Of a DNA stretch of 52,328 bases, positions 48,401 to 52,328 are shown piece after piece. The stretch is taken from contig JBFXGO010000003.1 of assembly GCA_050239825.1 (NCBI GenBank), positions 21,277-73,604 on the forward strand, read 5' to 3'. The position numbers and the translations under genes were made by a program. Within the stretch, counting starts at the first letter, position 1. The number at the start of each line of letters is the position of its first letter. The notes below the pieces were generated by a model. It saw nothing but the letters and a program-made list of their open reading frames with translations. It made no database searches and was not told the DNA's origin. This DNA comes from a bacterium (GTDB lineage Bacteria; Hydrothermota; 32-111).

Positions 48401-49496
48401 GGTCTTCAAAACAGGTTCATGGCAGTCATGGACGCAGTTGGCTCAGTATTCCGGAACCAGCGCGAATGGTGAAGCGTCTTTTAATATTTCAAGTCAGCTT
48501 CCGTGCGACTCCGTGCAGATGCTCTTTTTATATGACGACGGAGCAAATTGGAACTGGGCTGTGGCGATTGACAATGTGTGCTTCTACACTCTCACAGTTA
48601 TAGAGAATAACACCGGAAGCTTGACAACAACACCAGTAAGCTATGCTGAGATGTCAGCCGTGGCATCAAGGTCTAATTGGGGTTATGTCAATTGGCGCCA
48701 GTCTGCTGACGGCGATTCAATACTGGTTCAGATTGAATACAATGATGGCGGCGTGTGGAATCTCATTCCTGATGGCGACCTTCCCGGCAATTCAGCGGGT
48801 TTGTTCGGCGACTCGATACTCAATTCATTTAGCTTGCAGTCTCTCAATACATCTGTTTATGATTCATTGCGGGCGAAGGTGTCACTATACAGAAAGGCAT
48901 TTAAATCAACAACAGAGCCTATGCTTCTTGAGTTGGAGGTCGGAAGAAATAATATTACCTCTATTCAGGAATCAAATGTCATTGCAGTGATGACTAAAGC
49001 AGGTGTTTTAATCAAATGGACTGCTCCGGATGAAGTATATGCATCATACATGATAGACAAAAAGATTGATGGAGGCAGTTATGTTAATGTTGCTGTGACA
49101 AAAGTGTCCGGAAGCTATACTGATATTAAATTCAAAGAGAACAGCAAATACACTTACAGAATATCGGGAATTAAAGCAAACGGAAAGAACACCATACTCG
49201 GTTCAACCACTGTTTTCACCAGTGTCGCTCCGAAGAGCTTCAATCTCAATAATCCGAATCCGAGCATAACAAACAAGTATTTTACAGTGTCTTATGATGT
49301 GCCATACAAATCATTTGTCTCTATAAATATAGTTGATATTTCAGGAAGAGTCTGTATTAGCATAGCTGATGAAGTTCTTGAAAGCGGCGTGTATAGAAAA
49401 ACCATCGACACTGATATACTTGCTGACGGAACATATTTTATCATCATGAAGGGCGGAGACTACTCTTCGGTCAAAAAGATTGTCAGAATAAAGTGA
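45414..49496 (+). CDS. Secreted S8 serine peptidase paralog with FnIII-like/beta-sandwich domains and T9SS-like tail
   Basis: Same triad motifs (DDTG, HGSH, GTSMSTP); C-terminal half differs from 41266-45312; tail PNPS...VDISGR...GTYFI...KKIVRIK. Confidence 0.9.
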   Translation: MMKARYLIIILLIVCSVSLFSASDRLYLKINEISTKYGAPDYSSYNLQRNSIDGYDYFVVQFNDIIRPNFKNEIKKNGGEVFDYIPDNAYIVKMDAKSFAKVKEMKSVQFVQIWQPAYRIDPKLLNEDIVSVSGKDLPGKIQLKVTMFEKENKNNFYTAVSKVRGVKILQGEHVLLVEVNEAEAREKTIELASIREVYWVSRFLPFELHNAWSRWIMDTFDTLNMKAAADSWKSQLSMSTAADSARMQLYAHGLYGQNQIVGVDDTGCDWDNIYFRDPLGTKPVYDKDDDTICEAVGTHRKIVCYNAYQDTFDLSSSGHGSHTSGSVLADSMNSGLPSITAFPRVMGMAPMAKLAFYDIGGTGDVLYTPTDIGEIYIWQYNAGARITTSSWGYSAGGSSGYDTEARNVDIAGWNHKDMCMFRSSGNDNTSNDSTNTPATAKNIVTVGATESGFGAGSTTWAVNGTSDRNELLDVAEFSSHGPTYEGQRKPEVLGCGGLYIWSVDSDGNLASNNSGIMTMGGTSMSTPTTAGFAALIRQYFTAGWYPSGAPDAGDAITPSGALIKAMLVNSTRNSPGAYSTDAINNTGTQNAPSMGQGWGRVTMADVIYFEGDERDLWVVDETTGFTAVAQYNEYTINLGSSTSEYVKVVLTWTDYPANTGVTNALVNDLNLTVTLDGNTYLGNVFGTSSRSITGGSADNRNVTEVVWLNAVAGGTLTIRVTAANIPNGPQPYAVVATGDFVSITGHKPSVPSLYKLYDCARVPVLTPAISFMSTDEDGDAINYRIMYSTDPLFSSADSFTTSTYASGVTAEVVYPSNLIDNTTYYYKVKAQDPSGSGYWSSYSEVRSFSVFTLLGAGNYSWYQAKNAQFTKDNLSGTILVGDTLKLNATNGFDTDTLLFSNFETGTTGWTVVDAGGTGTWARVATGQADISTYYPTTPGSYYYYYSDDDAGSGDTTAEEYLYSPVIAVIDADSLILKYGYGFKYYSALEFLRVSYRVFKTGSWQSWTQLAQYSGTSANGEASFNISSQLPCDSVQMLFLYDDGANWNWAVAIDNVCFYTLTVIENNTGSLTTTPVSYAEMSAVASRSNWGYVNWRQSADGDSILVQIEYNDGGVWNLIPDGDLPGNSAGLFGDSILNSFSLQSLNTSVYDSLRAKVSLYRKAFKSTTEPMLLELEVGRNNITSIQESNVIAVMTKAGVLIKWTAPDEVYASYMIDKKIDGGSYVNVAVTKVSGSYTDIKFKENSKYTYRISGIKANGKNTILGSTTVFTSVAPKSFNLNNPNPSITNKYFTVSYDVPYKSFVSINIVDISGRVCISIADEVLESGVYRKTIDTDILADGTYFIIMKGGDYSSVKKIVRIK

Positions 49497-49523
49497 GGGG
49501 AATCCCCTCACTTTCCTTTTTTT
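49490..49523 (+). terminator. Probable intrinsic terminator overlapping the protease stop
   Basis: AAAGTGAGGGG-AAT-CCCCTCACTTT followed by CCTTTTTTT. Confidence 0.7.
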
Positions 49524-49526
49524 GCT

Positions 49527-51137
49527 ATGAGGAATGAATGTATATTTTTATTTATACTCTTTTGTATCCGCTTAAATGGCGGTGTTGTAATAAATGAAGT
49601 GATGGCAAATGTCTCCGGGAGTGAATCTGATGCAGGTTCTCCGGGAGACAGAAATGAGTTTATAGAATTATATACATTTACAGATACAAATATCAACATT
49701 CTGCGTTACTCTGTTTCAGACGGAGATGCGAAGGATAATCTAAAACTCTTTCCAGATTCACTGCCTCATCCCGGCGGGATAACATCGGATTCGATTATAC
49801 CGCCGCATTCATATATTGTTATTTTTGACCCCGAATATTCGACTGTTGGTGATTCAATGTTTTTCATGCCTTACAAAATTCCTGATGATGCATATGTGTT
49901 CACAATATCTACGACAACTTTCGGAGAGAATGGACTATCTGCAAACGATATTCTGTATCTCCTTGATGAGAATGATTCAACAGTCGATATATTCGGCACT
50001 CCATTTATTGAAGACAATTTTCCTTATGATCCGGGAGACGGAATATCTCTTGAAAAGGTCAATTTTAGCTATCCTGACTCTCCAAATTCTTTTAAACCGT
50101 CAGTAGATTCATCTGGTAATACAATAGGAAAAGTCAATTCGGTTTTTGTGGAAGGGTCACTTATTGACTCAGTTGTTACAATTTGTAATGGGGACATATG
50201 CAATATCAGGGTTTTTCTCAGTTATCTAAAGGAGTATGATGACAATTTGATTGCCGAGTATGAAACCCGCACGGACACCATATTGATTGACTCATCAGTA
50301 GTTGAAATAACTGTTGAAAATGAGGAGATTATCAATCTGCATACCCAGTCATCAGAGAAGTTCTTTACGGTTTTGACAAAGAACGCATATAATCCGGGTT
50401 CCATTGTTCTCAATGAATTTATGGTAAAAGGGAATGAGTGGATTGAGCTCTATAATCCTCACAGCTTACCGTTTTATTTACACGGAGTTTCTATGGTTAA
50501 CTCCGAAGAGACCATTTCTATAGAAGATGGTAAAATAGAACCACTTAGTTTTATTATTGTTTCGGGCGACACTGCAGAAGTAAAGTCAGAGTATTACAAT
50601 ATTCATCTTAATCTTCTTGAGTGCGACCTTTTTTCTCTTCCTGATAGAGAGGATACGATTTTATTGTTTATGAATAAACTCCTTCTGGACTCTGTGATAA
50701 GAGGATATGAGAATCTTCCATATTCCATTGAGAGGATAGCTGTATCTGTTCCCGGCTTTCAAAGGGATAACTGGGATGAGTGTATAGATTTTATGGGAGC
50801 TACTCCATGTCTGACAAACTCAATTAAATTTGAATTGGAAAGAACAGGGGAGTCAATTTATGCAGTTCCTGATATAATTACGCCATCCTCTCCGAATCTG
50901 TTTTTAACTATAAAATTAGCCGAACACAAGGGTGTTGTAAATGTAAAAATCTATGATGACCTTGGATGTCTGATTGAACAGCCGGTGACTGACAGACAAA
51001 TAAAATCGGAAGAGACAATTTTCATAAAACGATTGGGAGGCGCGCTTGATGATGGTCTATACATGTTGTTCATTACCGTTGATACTGAAGAGAAGAGAGC
51101 AAAACATATCCTGAAATTCGCTGTCAGAAATAATTGA
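49527..51137 (+). CDS. Exported protein with two lamin-tail (LTD)-like domains
   Basis: VVINEVMAN...NEFIELY and IVLNEFM...EWIELYN; sorting-domain-like tail (KIYDDLG...GLYML). Confidence 0.75.
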   Translation: MRNECIFLFILFCIRLNGGVVINEVMANVSGSESDAGSPGDRNEFIELYTFTDTNINILRYSVSDGDAKDNLKLFPDSLPHPGGITSDSIIPPHSYIVIFDPEYSTVGDSMFFMPYKIPDDAYVFTISTTTFGENGLSANDILYLLDENDSTVDIFGTPFIEDNFPYDPGDGISLEKVNFSYPDSPNSFKPSVDSSGNTIGKVNSVFVEGSLIDSVVTICNGDICNIRVFLSYLKEYDDNLIAEYETRTDTILIDSSVVEITVENEEIINLHTQSSEKFFTVLTKNAYNPGSIVLNEFMVKGNEWIELYNPHSLPFYLHGVSMVNSEETISIEDGKIEPLSFIIVSGDTAEVKSEYYNIHLNLLECDLFSLPDREDTILLFMNKLLLDSVIRGYENLPYSIERIAVSVPGFQRDNWDECIDFMGATPCLTNSIKFELERTGESIYAVPDIITPSSPNLFLTIKLAEHKGVVNVKIYDDLGCLIEQPVTDRQIKSEETIFIKRLGGALDDGLYMLFITVDTEEKRAKHILKFAVRNN

Positions 51138-51182
51138 CATTTTTTTAAAAACCATTATACTAATATGGCACAAAGGAGTATT

Positions 51183-51863
51183 ATGAAAAAAAGTGTCAGA
51201 TTAGCAATCATCTCTCTGTTGGCATTGTCAATGCTGATTTTGAGCGGATGTCTCTATGGTACTTACCAAATAGCCGACCCTGTGGGGCAGAATAATCTTC
51301 ATTATGCCTATTATTACGCCTACGCGGGATACTTTTCATCTGCTGACAAGGCGCTTGCCGATTCAAATGATATTCCTACTAAAATAATGTCAGCGACAGT
51401 GATTTACGGACTTCTTGATCAGCTTGACCTTCAAGTTGGCTATATTGGCTCCTCTTTTGGAGCAGGATTGAAATACTCTCCTGATTTCAATATTCCATTA
51501 AGGTTTGCTATACTCGGCTCTATTTATACTGATATAAATACGATTCTGATTTACCCGAAAATCGGAGGTATCGCAAGTTACCATCTGAATAAGAATCTTA
51601 CCCTTTCTCTTGGTTCGCAGTTCTATTTAAAAACTGACAGCATAAGCAATTACAATGGTGAAGTCTTCGCATCTCTTGATATAAAGAGACCAAATGTTTT
51701 TAATTATAAAATACCTGATTTTTTTATTAATTTGTTTATACCAAAAGCATTTCAACTGAATATTTCTTATCCTATAAATGAACCAGAGAAGAGACTCTAC
51801 CTTGGTGTCTCTTTAAGACACGAACTTGATTTTAATTGGGATAAGAATAATAAGTCTATATAA
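51183..51863 (+). CDS. Putative lipoprotein
   Basis: MKKSVRLAIISLLALSMLILSGC lipobox; RBS AAGGAG; promoter TTGACA/TATACT at 51134-51161. Confidence 0.7.
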   Translation: MKKSVRLAIISLLALSMLILSGCLYGTYQIADPVGQNNLHYAYYYAYAGYFSSADKALADSNDIPTKIMSATVIYGLLDQLDLQVGYIGSSFGAGLKYSPDFNIPLRFAILGSIYTDINTILIYPKIGGIASYHLNKNLTLSLGSQFYLKTDSISNYNGEVFASLDIKRPNVFNYKIPDFFINLFIPKAFQLNISYPINEPEKRLYLGVSLRHELDFNWDKNNKSI

Positions 51864-51874
51864 TAAATATTAAT

Positions 51875-51948
51875 GCGCCCGTGGCTCAATTGGATAAAGC
51901 TCTTGACTACGGATCAAGCGATTAGGGGTTCGAGTCCCTTCGGGCGCA
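51875..51948 (+). tRNA. tRNA-Arg(ACG)
   Basis: GCGCCCG/CGGGCGC acceptor, CTTGA-CTACGGA-TCAAG anticodon arm, T-arm AGGGGTTCGAGTCCCTT. Confidence 0.95.
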
Positions 51949-52328
51949 TTTTCTTTGACATAGAGGGACTCGAAGCGGCTGAAAGCCGTGTGCGAAGCAC
52001 AACCCCGTAAGAAGGGGTTCGTTCACCGGGCAGGGACATGCTTCTATTCAAGAGAGGTGACGGAGTGTCCCTTCGGGCGCATTTTCTTTGACATAGAGGG
52101 ACTCGAAGCGGCTGAAAGCCGTGTGCGAAGCACAACCCCGTAGAAGGGGTTCGTTCACCGGGCAGGGACATGCTTCTATTCAAGAGAGGTGACGGAGTGT
52201 CCCTTCGGGAGCATTTTCTTTAACAAAGAGGGACTCGAAGCGGCTGAAAGCCGTGCGCGAAGCACAACCACGAAGAAGGGGTTCGTTCACCGGGCAGGGA
52301 CAGGCTTCTATTCAAGAGATGTGACGGA
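51934..52328 (+). repeat. tRNA-Arg 3'-end tandem repeat, ~132-bp units (starts 51934, 52067, 52199; runs off the window)
   Basis: Each unit is GTCCCTTCGGGCGCA (tRNA end) + AGGGACTCGAA (antisense T-arm) + several hairpins; the third unit is more diverged. Confidence 0.93.

Noticed and set aside
13839..48990. Many 60-160 aa antisense or alternative-frame ORFs inside long genes
   Set aside because: They are nested in well-supported CDSs and show no recognisable motifs or RBS.
41266..49496. Diversity-generating retroelement template/variable repeat pair
   Set aside because: Differences between the paralogs are mostly synonymous and not adenine-specific, and no reverse transcriptase is present.
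49490..49514. Fifteenth copy of the coding hairpin element (contains GAGGGGAAT)
   Set aside because: Arm order differs, the ACACCCC leader is missing, and its position at a stop codon before a T-run fits a terminator.

Overview
Bacterial chromosome segment, probably from an FCB-superphylum candidate lineage (T9SS/FlgD-like C-terminal domains, group II GGGP synthase; inference). Nearly all genes are on the + strand. (1) 273-11793 is an integrase-less defence island inserted precisely into one unit of a 145-bp repeat. It reads XRE regulator - type III Mod - SIR2 - HerA - duplicated mod 3' tail - TIR - 4TM protein - frameshifted Res. Mod, Res and the duplicated tail carry 14 copies of a ~30-48 bp hairpin element, all preserving the reading frame. 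Inverted copies bracket a DUF559 (Vsr-like) nuclease domain inserted in frame in Mod. This candidate mobile 'coding-hairpin' system is the most striking signal. (2) 12.5-25.3 kb is core genome: alaS, an archaeal-type ferredoxin/geranylgeranyl reductase/GGGP synthase cluster, ispE, spoVG, tRNA-Gln, prs, rplY, frameshifted pth, rpsF, ssb, rpsR, rplI, rocD and three tRNAs. (3) 25.3-28.6 kb is a decayed accessory region with IS remnants and an integron-like locus: a truncated tyrosine recombinase without an obvious IntI insertion, followed by co-oriented cassettes with attI/attC-like sites. (4) 28.6-52.3 kb holds a DUF362 Fe-S protein, TPR protein, rimO, a decarboxylase, hppA, lemA, htpX, a GT2, two paralogous secreted S8 proteases, an LTD protein and a lipoprotein. 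tRNA-Ser and tRNA-Arg are each followed by repeats containing the tRNA 3' end plus an antisense copy of its T-arm. All calls come from motif recognition by eye; no searches were run.
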